Shown piece by piece: positions 27,440 through 36,992 of a DNA stretch of 64,000 nucleotides. The notes below the pieces were generated by a model. It worked only from the letters and a program-made list of their open reading frames with translations, ran no database searches and was not told the DNA's origin. Both the position numbers and the translations under genes were made by a program. How positions within the stretch are numbered: the stretch's first letter is position 1; every line of letters begins with the position of its first letter. This stretch comes from Dehalococcoidia bacterium (GTDB lineage Bacteria; Chloroflexota; Dehalococcoidia; Lucifugimonadales; SHYF01): contig CBDFJM010000005.1 in the NCBI GenBank assembly GCA_965248595.1, forward strand, positions 66,400 to 130,399. Reading direction: 5' to 3'.

Positions 27440-28805
27440 TAGAGTCCCAGGAAGTGGTGTAACAAGAGTAGAGGGTCTGGATGAAGAGAGACCACCACGT
27501 CATCCTTAGCGGGCAAAGACGAGCCTGAGAAAGGAGGACAACGGTGGTCAAGGAAAGGATGGACCTGCTTGAGCTAATGCGCAAGAGGGGAGTCGACGGT
27601 GACGTGGACTTTCTACGAGAGGCACTGAGAGTGCTGGTCGAGGAGATCATGGAGGCTGATGTGTCATTGAGGACCGGCGCTGGGTATGGAGAACGCAACC
27701 CTGAGCGGGTGACCCAGCGCAACGGGTACCGGTCTCGAGCATGGGACACTCGCGTAGGGACCATGGAGTTGCAGATACCCAAGCTGAGGGAGGGGAGCTA
27801 CTTTCCGAGCCTGCTGGAGCCACGGCGTCGCAGCGAGCGAGCTCTGCTGGCGGTGATCCAGCAGGCGTATGTGGAGGGTGTATCGACGAGGCGAGTGGAT
27901 GATCTGGTCAAGGCTCTTTGGTGCGAGGGTATCTCAAAGAGCCAAGTGTCGCGTATCTGCCAGGAGCTGGACGGGGTGGTGGAGAGCTTCCTGGGTCGGC
28001 CGCTGGACGGCGGATCATATCCCTACCTGTGGCTGGACGCACTAACCCAGAAGGTCAGAGAGGCCGGTAGGATAGTCAACGTCAGCGTGGTGGTGGCGAC
28101 GGCGGTCAATAGCGAGGGCAAGCGTGAGATCGTTGGGATGGACGTGGGTACCAGTGAAGACGGCGCCTTCTGGTTAGCCTTCCTGCGCTCACTGGTCGCC
28201 AGGGGCCTCGGCGGGGTGGAACTGGTGGTATCGGACGCTCATCAGGGACTCAGGGATGCCATCGCAACTGTCTTCGGTGGGGCCAGTTGGCAGCGGTGCC
28301 GCACCCACTTCATGACCAACCTGCTCACTCGGGTCCCCAGGAGCGCTCAGCCCTGGGTGGCCACCATGGTACGCACCATCTACCAGCAGCCGTCCCCTCA
28401 GGAGGTGCATGCCCAACTCGAGCGGGTGATTGCTCAGCTCCAGGACCCGTTCCCACAGGTCGCCTCTCGACTGGACGAGGCTGGACCCGACGTCCTGGCC
28501 TTCTCCAGCTTCCCACTCGCCCACTGGAAGAAGGTCTGGTCCAACAACCCCCTGGAGCGTCTCAACAAGGAGATACGGCGCCGCACCGATGTGGTGGGCA
28601 TCTTCCCTAACCGCCCAGCTGTCCGTCGCCTGGTCGGCGCCGTCCTAGCTGAGCAGCACGACGAGTGGGCCGTCGGCCGTCGATACATGACACAGGAGGT
28701 AACCACCTCCAACGAAGCTCTACCCAGAGCCGAACTCGCAGAGGCAGCGGCCTAGACGATATCAACAGGATGACGTACTCTTACACCACTCTATGGGACG
28801 TGACC
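27438..28805 (+). mobile_element. IS256-family insertion sequence with 9-bp target duplication CTGGTCCGA (identity extends to 11 bp)
   Basis: Direct repeats at 27429..27439 and 28806..28816. Imperfect terminal inverted repeats share GTCCCA...AGTGGTGTAA...GAGTA. A single transposase ORF lies between them. Confidence 0.8.
27544..28755 (+). CDS. IS256-family (Mutator-type) transposase
   Basis: ERNPERVTQRNGYRSRAWDTRVGTMELQIPKLREGSYFPSLLEPRRR, YLWLDA, VVSDAHQGLRDAI and NNPLERLNKEIRRRT are hallmark IS256 transposase blocks. GTG start after AGGAGG. Confidence 0.92.
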   Translation: MVKERMDLLELMRKRGVDGDVDFLREALRVLVEEIMEADVSLRTGAGYGERNPERVTQRNGYRSRAWDTRVGTMELQIPKLREGSYFPSLLEPRRRSERALLAVIQQAYVEGVSTRRVDDLVKALWCEGISKSQVSRICQELDGVVESFLGRPLDGGSYPYLWLDALTQKVREAGRIVNVSVVVATAVNSEGKREIVGMDVGTSEDGAFWLAFLRSLVARGLGGVELVVSDAHQGLRDAIATVFGGASWQRCRTHFMTNLLTRVPRSAQPWVATMVRTIYQQPSPQEVHAQLERVIAQLQDPFPQVASRLDEAGPDVLAFSSFPLAHWKKVWSNNPLERLNKEIRRRTDVVGIFPNRPAVRRLVGAVLAEQHDEWAVGRRYMTQEVTTSNEALPRAELAEAAA

Positions 28806-28917
28806 CTGGTCCGAAGCCAGACAATAGTAGCGTCGCTACAGCTACACTCAGGCCAGAAAGCAAGATCAGGTGTTTGAGGCCTACTGTTATTCTACGATTC
28901 CTGAATGCGACTTCCAT
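28806..28917 (-). pseudogene. displaced 5' fragment (about 36 codons) of the IS256-interrupted histidine kinase
   Basis: ATG 28917 opens MEVAFRNRRITVGLKHLILLSGLSVAVATLLLSGFG. After removing the IS and one repeat copy, this joins in frame to PVAVILLLGLIYVVLRYSTKPL of the kinase ORF. Confidence 0.7.
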
Positions 28918-29130
28918 GTTGCTCACCCTACCCTTCACGTGGTTGCAAATGCATGTATGGAGATGGATTAAGAGCCAGTTGCGGAATATAGTCTTTCATA
29001 ATCCTCCGATCACCGACAAAAGGATTATAGACTTTGTAGTCATAAGATTCATGTAATTGCGCTAAAGCTGTGGCAGAGAGGGCTTTTTGCTTCCGTATCA
29101 GTCATTGCCACAGATCCGTTCTGGTGTTAA

Positions 29131-29156
29131 GGGGCGGGGCACCTTCGCCCCGCCCC
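29131..29156 (-). terminator. GC-rich hairpin after the small secreted-peptide gene
   Basis: GGGGCGGGGC accttc GCCCCGCCCC is a perfect 10-bp stem about 35 nt past the stop codon. It has no strong U-tract. Confidence 0.45.
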
Positions 29157-29189
29157 ACTTTGCGACTCGTACTGTACTCCAGACTTCTA

Positions 29190-29381
29190 TTAGCACGTGC
29201 CGGGTTCAACCGCACCAGAGGCGGCAGCCGCGGTGTTCTGACCATGATGGGCCTTCAATTGTAGATTGGCCAAGTCCTGGCAGCCGGTCCCAGTGGTTAC
29301 GTGGGTATGCGCGAAAGCGGCCGTGGTTATCGATAGCGCAAGAAGCAGAGCCATCATCGAAGCAATAATCAACTTTTTCAT
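29190..29381 (-). CDS. small secreted His/Cys-containing peptide (63-aa precursor)
   Basis: Strong SD GGAGGTGA. Signal peptide MKKLIIASMMALLLALSITTAAFA. Predicted mature peptide HTHVTTGTGCQDLANLQLKAHHGQNTAAAASGAVEPGTC. Confidence 0.55.
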   Translation of the reverse strand: MKKLIIASMMALLLALSITTAAFAHTHVTTGTGCQDLANLQLKAHHGQNTAAAASGAVEPGTC

Positions 29382-30028
29382 CGTTCACCTCCGTAATTTG
29401 TCTTACATAGTCCTATTGAAAAAGAACCCTCTCGTTTTCCTCGATTTCACCCCCTTTCTTTTCTCTTAGCAAGGTTAGCCTTATGCAAATTACTTTTCGC
29501 CATGTATCCACAAATCGAGTAACCGCTTCATCGCTGAAGACTCCCCTCGCTGGTAATGGAAAAAGTCTAGAGCAGCAAGCGTCGGTTGGAATGAGTCCAT
29601 GGGCCCATTCTGGGTAGGCAAAAAGCCCCAGGGGGCTGGACAGAGTTATAGGCCCAACATGTCTAGGCTTGTGTCAGGATTCAGGGCATCCTGCCAGTGA
29701 GCCCGCAGGCTTGGCAGAAGGTCATGGACGCCGTCGCTCACAGAGGCCGTGGAAGGATTCGAAGGTGGCTTCTATGACATGGTGGAGGCCAAGGAGAGGA
29801 TCGCCGAGCATCAGGCAAGATCGCCATGGCGCAGAAGGAGGCAGGAAGCTGCAGGTGGATGCAGGGTCTCCAGCGCCGAGTACACAGATGACCTGGAGTC
29901 GTTGAGGGACCTCTTACGGGGTTGGCGGGTGTGGAAAAGCTCTGTTTGCTCCACCATCGTGGATTTGAGCCAAGCATCAGGCAATGCCAGAAGGTACTGG
30001 AGCTTGCGTGGAGCCACGGACGCCCCCA

Positions 30029-31636
30029 TTACTCTTGCGTCACCCTCAGCCGCGCCCAGTGAAAGTACTCCGCGGCGGCGAAGTTTGGCGCAAACCCTTC
30101 AACTCGCTCCTGCCAGGCCCATAGCCTGGTCCCCGTCATAGGCATGAACATGATGGCCCTTTCAAGGACGTACCGCTGAATATCCAGTATGATCTCGCCT
30201 CTGCCCTGCTCCGCAACCGACTGCGCTTCGATCATCCCGTCCAGCTCTCCGTCTGCGTAGCCTGTGACGGACCACCTGCCCCGGCTGTGTAGCAAGCCAA
30301 GAAGAAAGGCGTTGGGCGTGTGGACTGGCGGCATAGGGCCCAAGAAGGCCTGAAACTCTCTCCCATCCCACACATCCTCGGCATAGACGCGTGGGTTGAC
30401 CTCCTTAACCGTGGCCTGAAACCCCGCGGCCCGAAGCATCCGGAGGTACTCCTGGCCCAGGGCCAGGTGCCGGTCTCCGAAGTCGGCCACCGTCATGGTG
30501 AAGGCCACCGGGGGCTGATCTCCCGCCCTGGACAATCGCTCATCTACCTGGCCTGGGTTTCCCAGATACCTCTGCATCTCATCCCCGGGCAGTAGCCAGT
30601 CCGTGGACGCCACGGGTATACCCACGGCTATATTGTCCTGGCCTTGGGACACGACCTCCAGGGCGCTCCACGGCTCTACGGCATGAAAGAGAGCCTGCCG
30701 CACCTCCAACCGATCAAAGGGTGGTACGGTGGTCTTCAGCGCCAGGAGCACCCCAGTGCCTGGTTGCTGAAACTCTCCGCGGGGGATCTTGGCACCAAGG
30801 CTTTGAAGCTGTGCCCAGCCATCAGCATCAACTGGTGTCATGTCTATACGGCCGATAAGGAGGTTGGCCAGGCGGGTGGATTGGTCTGGGATGGGCAATA
30901 TACTTAATCGTTGGAGTGCAGGGAGTCCAGGCTCGTAGTAACGGGGGTTCGCCTCCAACGCCAGTCCTTCCCCACCATTTTCCTTAATGACCCACGGGCC
31001 TGTGCCAATAGTTGGGCCTTGTCTCAGATGACCGTTGACGGCTACAGCTTCTGAGGCCACCACCTTGCTCTGGCCGTTGGCCAGGGCCAACAGGAAGTCG
31101 GCGTCCGGATACCTCAGGCGGATGGTCACAGTCAGCGTGTCGGTAGCCTCGATAGAGGCTACTCCTTGCAGCAGAGCGGCCCCAGGCCACCCGGGGGTGC
31201 GCATGCGGTCCAAGCTGAAGACCACATCCTGAGCGGTGAGCGCCCGCCCGTTCGCAGGAGGTATGTCCTGCCAGCGTACTCCCTGACGCAGGTGGAACAC
31301 GTAGGTCAGCGGGTTGGGGTGTTCCCATTGGCTGCACAGGTCACACTCCACCGCCATGCTGGGAAGCGTCACGGTAGGCCCAGAGCGCAGGCGTAGCAGC
31401 CGGCTGTAGACTATGCCTGGCCCCAGAGAGAGAAGCGCCTCTGAGACCTCCTGGTGAACATCCAGGTGAGGCGCTGCCACTGGCGAGGCGATGACCGCGC
31501 TGCTCTGGTAGGCATTGCCTGGCGGGGTGGGAGTGGATGTGGGGGATGGGGTGGGTGCCGGCGAAGTACATGCTACCAGACCCATAAGTGCCCCAGCGGC
31601 CAGGGATGGGAGGAGAGATGCCGTGTATCTTGACAA
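30029..31636 (-). CDS. ABC transporter substrate-binding lipoprotein, family 5 (orphan)
   Basis: Lipobox LVAC followed by a Pro/Thr/Ser linker. About 500 aa of SBP_bac_5-like sequence. No permease genes are adjacent. Confidence 0.75.
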   Translation of the reverse strand: MSRYTASLLPSLAAGALMGLVACTSPAPTPSPTSTPTPPGNAYQSSAVIASPVAAPHLDVHQEVSEALLSLGPGIVYSRLLRLRSGPTVTLPSMAVECDLCSQWEHPNPLTYVFHLRQGVRWQDIPPANGRALTAQDVVFSLDRMRTPGWPGAALLQGVASIEATDTLTVTIRLRYPDADFLLALANGQSKVVASEAVAVNGHLRQGPTIGTGPWVIKENGGEGLALEANPRYYEPGLPALQRLSILPIPDQSTRLANLLIGRIDMTPVDADGWAQLQSLGAKIPRGEFQQPGTGVLLALKTTVPPFDRLEVRQALFHAVEPWSALEVVSQGQDNIAVGIPVASTDWLLPGDEMQRYLGNPGQVDERLSRAGDQPPVAFTMTVADFGDRHLALGQEYLRMLRAAGFQATVKEVNPRVYAEDVWDGREFQAFLGPMPPVHTPNAFLLGLLHSRGRWSVTGYADGELDGMIEAQSVAEQGRGEIILDIQRYVLERAIMFMPMTGTRLWAWQERVEGFAPNFAAAEYFHWARLRVTQE

Positions 31637-31665
31637 CGTGTAAAACGAGATGCGAGTCCTGGACG

Positions 31666-32664
31666 TCAGACTAGGCTGTTGCTACTCGGGTCCACCGGGA
31701 CAATGGGGTCTTTTCGGCCAAACATCTTGATGCCTTCTCTGGGGAGCACCATTCCGGCGATGAGGATAGAGGGGGCGAACATAATCACGTGCATTATCAG
31801 GGCGAAGACCAGGGCAGGCTCTCCCTGAACGTCGAAGAGGCCCAGTGTGTATACCACGGCGGCCTCGAAGGTGATGGCCCCGCCGGGCAACGAAGGCACG
31901 GCTGATACGAAGAAGATGCTCCCCATGAACAGCACTACTACGGCAGCGATGTCCACGTCTATGTTCAACCCCCTGGCGATGATCCATCCGCTCAGGCCTA
32001 CCAGGCCCCAGTGTCCCACGGTTCCCAGGAAAGAAAGGGCCAACCGCAATGGAGCATCTCCCAGAGTCTTGGCCGCCAGTACAGCCTTTCGTAGGAACGC
32101 TATTCTGCGGACGCCAGGTATGGCGTTCATCCCCTGGGCTATGAAAAGGAATACCAGAAGGCTCACACCTCCCAAGATAACAGCCGCAACCAGTTGTATG
32201 CTGAATCCACGCAACTCTGGCACCAGGACCACGCTCAATGCCAGCAGCGCCGCAGTAGCAAAGACGTCCATGAGGTGCTCCATGGCCAGCGTGGCCAGGG
32301 CAGTGGCAGCGCTTACCCCTTCTCTACGGCTGACCAGCGCCAGTTGCAACGGCTCGCTGACGATGCGAAGAGGCGATACGTTGTTTAGTCCAATGCCTGC
32401 GTTCTGGATGAGGAACAACCTGGCGTAGCTCACTCGGTCCCGTGCGAAAAGTATGTGCCACCGCCAGGCCCGCAGTCCTATGCCCAGAAGGAAAACACCT
32501 AGAGCCAGGATGAACAACGGAGGGGGAAACGCCAAGATGTTGTCGGCGAGCTCGGCCCAGTGCAAGCCACGGACCATAAGCCATCCCAGCAGGACACTCA
32601 GCCATGCTCCTGCTACGATCTGTAAGGTGGCCCACGTTTTCCTGGATATGGCGGTGGTTTTCAT
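31666..32664 (-). CDS. lysylphosphatidylglycerol-synthase-TM-region (UPF0104, flippase-like) family membrane protein
   Basis: Multi-pass protein with the family N-terminus ...LGIGLRAWRWHILF.... I prefer the start MKTTAISRK at 32664 over the track start at 32769. Confidence 0.6.
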   Translation of the reverse strand: MKTTAISRKTWATLQIVAGAWLSVLLGWLMVRGLHWAELADNILAFPPPLFILALGVFLLGIGLRAWRWHILFARDRVSYARLFLIQNAGIGLNNVSPLRIVSEPLQLALVSRREGVSAATALATLAMEHLMDVFATAALLALSVVLVPELRGFSIQLVAAVILGGVSLLVFLFIAQGMNAIPGVRRIAFLRKAVLAAKTLGDAPLRLALSFLGTVGHWGLVGLSGWIIARGLNIDVDIAAVVVLFMGSIFFVSAVPSLPGGAITFEAAVVYTLGLFDVQGEPALVFALIMHVIMFAPSILIAGMVLPREGIKMFGRKDPIVPVDPSSNSLV

Positions 32665-32907
32665 GATTTCAGGACTGGTTGCATTCGTGCAGCCAGGCAA
32701 GCGGTGTCTAAAGTTGCTCGGCGGTTGTTGCGCAAAATCGTCCGCCTGGCTACGAATTTGGACACACATCTCATTATAGCAGTAGATACAACCCAGAATG
32801 CTATATGATGGGGGCTATTGCTTCCGAGTGGTGACAGTATACGAACGGGGTTCGAGGTGGGGAGGGGGTGGGTACGACATGTCATTCTGAGAGCTTGTGA
32901 GGGGATT

Positions 32908-32945
32908 GTCACTCTGAGTCCCGATAAATTGGGACTCAGAGTGAC
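32908..32945. repeat. perfect 15-bp-stem hairpin belonging to the GTCAYTCTGAG repeat family
   Basis: GTCACTCTGAGTCCC gataaatt GGGACTCAGAGTGAC, preceded by a partial unit GTCATTCTGAGA at 32881..32892. Lies downstream of the HTH gene. Confidence 0.65.
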
Positions 32946-33017
32946 ATGGATAGTCGCACCTGTTCTGGCGGCATAACCGACTTGTGGATACTACGCTTTC
33001 ATTCGCCTAGAATCCAC

Positions 33018-33233
33018 CTATGCGCCGGATGTGAAACTGACGCCAGCCTTCAACAGACGCTCCACGTCGGACCGCAGGAAACGCCTGTCACGGCGAGGTC
33101 CCACCCGCCATGCCTGGATCAGCCCTTGGCCCTCCCACCGCCTCACAGTGTTGGTGTGGATGTGCAACAGTGCGGCGGCATCCCCCACCGTAAGCAGCGA
33201 CGGTTCCACGCGTCTCTCTACTATAGTCGCCAT
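33018..33233 (-). CDS. MerR/excisionase-type helix-turn-helix DNA-binding protein
   Basis: LLTVGDAAALLHIHTNTVRRWEGQGLIQAWRVGPRRDRRF is the HTH_17/MerR-like motif. ATG 33233 follows GGAAGGAG. Confidence 0.65.
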   Translation of the reverse strand: MATIVERRVEPSLLTVGDAAALLHIHTNTVRRWEGQGLIQAWRVGPRRDRRFLRSDVERLLKAGVSFTSGA

Positions 33234-33498
33234 GTTTCTGCTCCTTCCTTTCGGCTGACTTACCTTCATCTCACTAGACTTCCTGCACAACAACATCATC
33301 GGGCATGGCGTCAGAAGTGTGTATCGCCCGTTAGATGGGTTGCCTGGTGAGATAAGTAAGTCACCTGTGAGTCCAATATGGATGATCGTCGGCTCATCCT
33401 GGCTACCCGATCGAGTGACCAGTTGCCTAACCGTGGAAGGTTTCGCTAGGAACCCAGGGCCTTTCTCCGCTCTCTACATCCCTCGAATCCCCACGTCT

Positions 33499-36087
33499 CT
33501 ACCTAGGACGGAAGTCCACGGTGAATGTAGTGTCCCTGGCCAGGTCCACATCTAGCCGCACCCAAGCATCCTTCTGGGCCGTGGCGGCTGGAGAGGTCCG
33601 AACCAATGTTGCACCATCGGGCAACCGCACGAAGACAGTCACGGGTTCCACAGGCGTCCCTGGTTGCTTCTGGACCAAGAGGCGGTACTGGAACACGCCG
33701 CCTCCAATGTTGCGCAGCATATTCTCTGGTAGGCGGTATGACAGCGGAAGCGTAACGCTGGTCTGAGGCTCCGCCACCAGGTATCCGCCTATCTCTGTTA
33801 GGCCAGCCTGTCCGCCCCGGGGTGAACTGATAACAGAGAGAGAATCGGCAGGCTCATACCCCCAGATCAGCCACTCCGATCCCTCGTGCAGGGGGATAGG
33901 AGGCGGCTGAATGTCCTGGGCCACCACCGGGATGAACACCCGCAGGTAGTCCCAAAAGCAGCCTAACGGCATGACCAGGGCCTGGCGACAGTCCGGGTCA
34001 GGCTCCACGCCTTTGTGACGGTACTCTATCAGCAGCTTTGAGTCTATCGGCTGCCCCACCGCCAGCGTCACCTGGTACTGCACCCGGCGCTCCACTATTG
34101 AGCGGGCGTGGCCAGGCAGAGAGCTGTCCACTATCAGTAGATAGTCATGGTCCACCTGCCGGAGTGCTCCATTCCAGCCTTGCTCCCACAACAGGTCCGC
34201 AGCTTGAGGGTTAAAGACGTGGAGCAGCACGTCCTTGCTCCTTAGCCGCTCCAGCAGGACCCGCACCATTCCCTCCCGGGTATTCGTAGGCGTGGGAGAC
34301 AGAAGATGGCCTATCACTGACTGAAAGAGGTCTTCATCAAAGCACCGCTTAGGCTTTTCGGATACGTGCCGCGGCAGGCAAGGGTACGGCAGCTCCCCCT
34401 CCACATATCGCCTTGCCAGGCTCCGGCCTATGAGGTCGGGCAGTTCTGGGACTCGTACACCGCCCAGGGCATCTACCAGGTCTAGCACCACCCCTTTGGT
34501 AGTTGCAACAACCCCGTCAACTCGTATGCCCTGTGCCCTCTCGTACAGGTCAGCCAGTTGAGCCGCGGAGGCTGGAAAGTGGGGATTCCAGTTGGCATCT
34601 CGGAATAGCAGCTTTGATATCCACAGGTACTTGTAGATGGCTTCGGGCGGTGGAGGATTTGTATCGTAGGGAGGAGCATCCACCTTGGTGCTGTCCAGGT
34701 ATCTCAGGTTCACTAGCTCCCCTCGCTCCAATGTCATCTCCACCACCACACCTATAAATCCGCCCGTGGCACGGATCTCGTCATCGTTCTGCCCAATCAA
34801 TAGATACTTCTTGGTGCCGCTGTCATCATAGCCAAGGAAGAATGTCAGGAAATCAACCGCCTGGACGCCTGTGGCTATAAGGGCCTCCTCTCTTTGGAGA
34901 GGCAGGCCTGGCGTTCCCATGACAGTGCCCAGCAGCGCCAATAGGCCGCTACCTGCCGCCTCCTGGGAGGCGACCAGGGTGTTTACCTGGGCCAGCTCCT
35001 GTTGGACCCCCTGGAGGGCCTGGCTTATCTGGGGCAACTGCTCCCCCAGAATCACTGCCGCCTCATGACTTAGAAGGCCCTTTGTGAATGACACCTCGGC
35101 CACGTAGGCCATGCGGCCCAGCGCGTCGCCCATGTCCGCCAGCAGCACGCTCACCTGGATCGCCGCATCCACTGCCTCGGCCACCTGAACATCGCTACCC
35201 TCCACGGCGCTTTTGACCACCACCAGGTCCCTTTGCAACTGCCTTGCCCGCTCCCGTAAGTTCCCGAACACCGCCTCTAGCTCTCCGGGACGCTCAAACA
35301 GCACCGTTGGGTCGTTCAATGTATCGCGCAAGGTCCCCACCGTGTTTCTAATGTCCAACACCTCACCCACCAACTGGGGGGTATCTCTGGCCACCACCAC
35401 CGCCAGTTCCACAAGAGGGATGTAGCGGTCCATCTGCTCCAGGGAGGAGTCAACCTTGCCTCCCAGTCCTGGTGGACCCGCCAGCCTTGCCCGTAGCGCC
35501 CGCGCCGCAGCCAGATCTCTCTGCGCCTCCTCGAACAGTGGCCTGGCGGTTTCCAGGTTCTGCTTGATGGATTCGATGTCTACTGGCCCGGGGCCGGCAT
35601 CCAGGGCGTGCACCGCCGGAGCGTAACCCTGAAGGACCAGGCGGGTCCCACGAGTGAACCGTTCAGCCATCTCCAGCACCATTCTGCCATCTCTTACCCT
35701 GGAACCCAACCCAGGGACCCATCCGGCTGCCTGGAGCACGCCGGACCTCTGGCGAAGTCTCCCCAGATCATCCTCCACATCGTTAAGCCGTTGGATAAGA
35801 TCGGCGTACCCTTCTGTGGTGGTCAGATTCCGCGCTCCAGGCCCCTGGACGGAAGCGAGTATCTCGGATACGTCCTGGTCCAAAGACCGCACCGTGGCGA
35901 TAGTGGCGGCAAGGAATATCGCCAGCACCAACGCAAGGGCCGTGGCCAGCACCCCGCTCCAGAACCACCAGGGACGTCTTTTGGCAAAGGCGGTAACTGT
36001 GCGCCAGCCTTTGGCCAGCCATTCTGCAACACGTTTAAGGTTGCTGTGATTCCCAGCTTCCGGTATCATCAAATCGTCTCCGGACAC
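33499..36087 (-). CDS. DUF4012 domain-containing membrane-anchored protein
   Basis: N-terminal TM segment (WWFWSGVLATALALVLAIFLAATIA), a long coiled region, then LLIGQNDDEIRATGGFIG, which matches the N.E.RATGG core I associate with DUF4012. Confidence 0.6.
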   Translation of the reverse strand: MSGDDLMIPEAGNHSNLKRVAEWLAKGWRTVTAFAKRRPWWFWSGVLATALALVLAIFLAATIATVRSLDQDVSEILASVQGPGARNLTTTEGYADLIQRLNDVEDDLGRLRQRSGVLQAAGWVPGLGSRVRDGRMVLEMAERFTRGTRLVLQGYAPAVHALDAGPGPVDIESIKQNLETARPLFEEAQRDLAAARALRARLAGPPGLGGKVDSSLEQMDRYIPLVELAVVVARDTPQLVGEVLDIRNTVGTLRDTLNDPTVLFERPGELEAVFGNLRERARQLQRDLVVVKSAVEGSDVQVAEAVDAAIQVSVLLADMGDALGRMAYVAEVSFTKGLLSHEAAVILGEQLPQISQALQGVQQELAQVNTLVASQEAAGSGLLALLGTVMGTPGLPLQREEALIATGVQAVDFLTFFLGYDDSGTKKYLLIGQNDDEIRATGGFIGVVVEMTLERGELVNLRYLDSTKVDAPPYDTNPPPPEAIYKYLWISKLLFRDANWNPHFPASAAQLADLYERAQGIRVDGVVATTKGVVLDLVDALGGVRVPELPDLIGRSLARRYVEGELPYPCLPRHVSEKPKRCFDEDLFQSVIGHLLSPTPTNTREGMVRVLLERLRSKDVLLHVFNPQAADLLWEQGWNGALRQVDHDYLLIVDSSLPGHARSIVERRVQYQVTLAVGQPIDSKLLIEYRHKGVEPDPDCRQALVMPLGCFWDYLRVFIPVVAQDIQPPPIPLHEGSEWLIWGYEPADSLSVISSPRGGQAGLTEIGGYLVAEPQTSVTLPLSYRLPENMLRNIGGGVFQYRLLVQKQPGTPVEPVTVFVRLPDGATLVRTSPAATAQKDAWVRLDVDLARDTTFTVDFRPR

Positions 36088-36132
36088 TCCGGGAAGGAGG
36101 CTCTAACCGGTGATCTACCGCAGGACGTGGGC

Positions 36133-36822
36133 ATGAGAATCTGGCGCGTTGGAGCCCTGATAGCCTGGCCAGCCATCCTGGTGTTGCTGGCCTTGTTCAT
36201 GACTCTTTTTGTCCCTGGCGCCGCGGTAGCCCAAGTCCCCTGGCCCACACCTCCCCCCGCTCCATTGGGGTCCATTCCCGTGGTTGTCCCTGCCTCAGAG
36301 ATCATCCCTGTGCCCGCGCCCGCCGGCCCGGGCAGCATTGCACTAACGGTGGACCCCATCTTCGCAGGCACGGTGCCCCGCATTCCACCCCGGCCCTCCG
36401 CCATCTTTGCCACGGCTGAGGGTGACGCGCAAGAGAGGATCACCGTATACGTGGACGCTGGTGCCATTGATAGGACTCTTCAGTTCACCTACGAGCCATT
36501 GCTGGCGGGCCAGGTGCCTTCGGTAGACAGGTCACGCCATATCCAGCGGGCGTTTCGACTGCAAACATACGACACCACAGGCACTGTAGTGGAGAGCGTC
36601 TTCAGGTATCCCTTACGCATTACCCTCACCTTGTCCGAGGAAGAGATGGCAGCCGCCGGCAACGATCCTGCCCGTGACTACCTGGCCTGGTATGACCCTG
36701 AGCGGAAGAGTTGGCGTCCTCTGGTTACCACATACCGCTTCACAGACAGTACCCTTCTGGTGCGTATTCTGCAACCTGGCCTCTTCGCCCTCATTGCCGA
36801 GCCTTCGCCGGTCTCCTCATAG
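36133..36822 (+). CDS. secreted hypothetical protein
   Basis: Only the part of ORF 35608..36822 from MRIWRVGALIAWPAILVLLALFMTLFVPGAAVA (a signal peptide) onward is credible. The upstream part is antisense to the DUF4012 gene. Confidence 0.5.
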   Translation: MRIWRVGALIAWPAILVLLALFMTLFVPGAAVAQVPWPTPPPAPLGSIPVVVPASEIIPVPAPAGPGSIALTVDPIFAGTVPRIPPRPSAIFATAEGDAQERITVYVDAGAIDRTLQFTYEPLLAGQVPSVDRSRHIQRAFRLQTYDTTGTVVESVFRYPLRITLTLSEEEMAAAGNDPARDYLAWYDPERKSWRPLVTTYRFTDSTLLVRILQPGLFALIAEPSPVSS

Positions 36823-36870
36823 CCTGTCCCAAGCAGCTTTGCACAAAAAGTCTCTTGGATAGCGAAAAAT

Positions 36871-36961
36871 GTCACACTGAGCAAAACGAAGGGTCTGGGG
36901 TGGTGGGGCTTTTCTGGTGCTCACAACCCCACCCCAGATTCTTCGCTTCGCTCAGAATGAC
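36871..36961. repeat. 91-bp palindromic repeat element between convergent genes
   Basis: The outer arms GTCACACTGAGCAAAACGAAGGGTC and GATTCTTCGCTTCGCTCAGAATGAC are imperfect reverse complements. Inner stem is TCTGGGGTGG ... CCACCCCAGA. The right arm is the exact reverse complement of 43973..43997. Confidence 0.75.
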
Positions 36962-36992
36962 ATCCCGTGTAAAGTTCCCAAGGTGAGATGCC

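Noticed and set aside
29650-30028. Overlapping ORF fragments (e.g. …FEGGFYDMVEAKERIAEHQAR…) next to IS256 that might be a recombinase or transposase relic
   Set aside because: The similarity to recombinase C-terminal coiled regions is vague. The frames are broken and no catalytic motif is visible. The call is not supportable without a database search.
35608-36132. N-terminal 175 codons of ORF 35608..36822
   Set aside because: This part is antisense to the DUF4012 gene. Only the part from the signal peptide at 36133 onward is credible.
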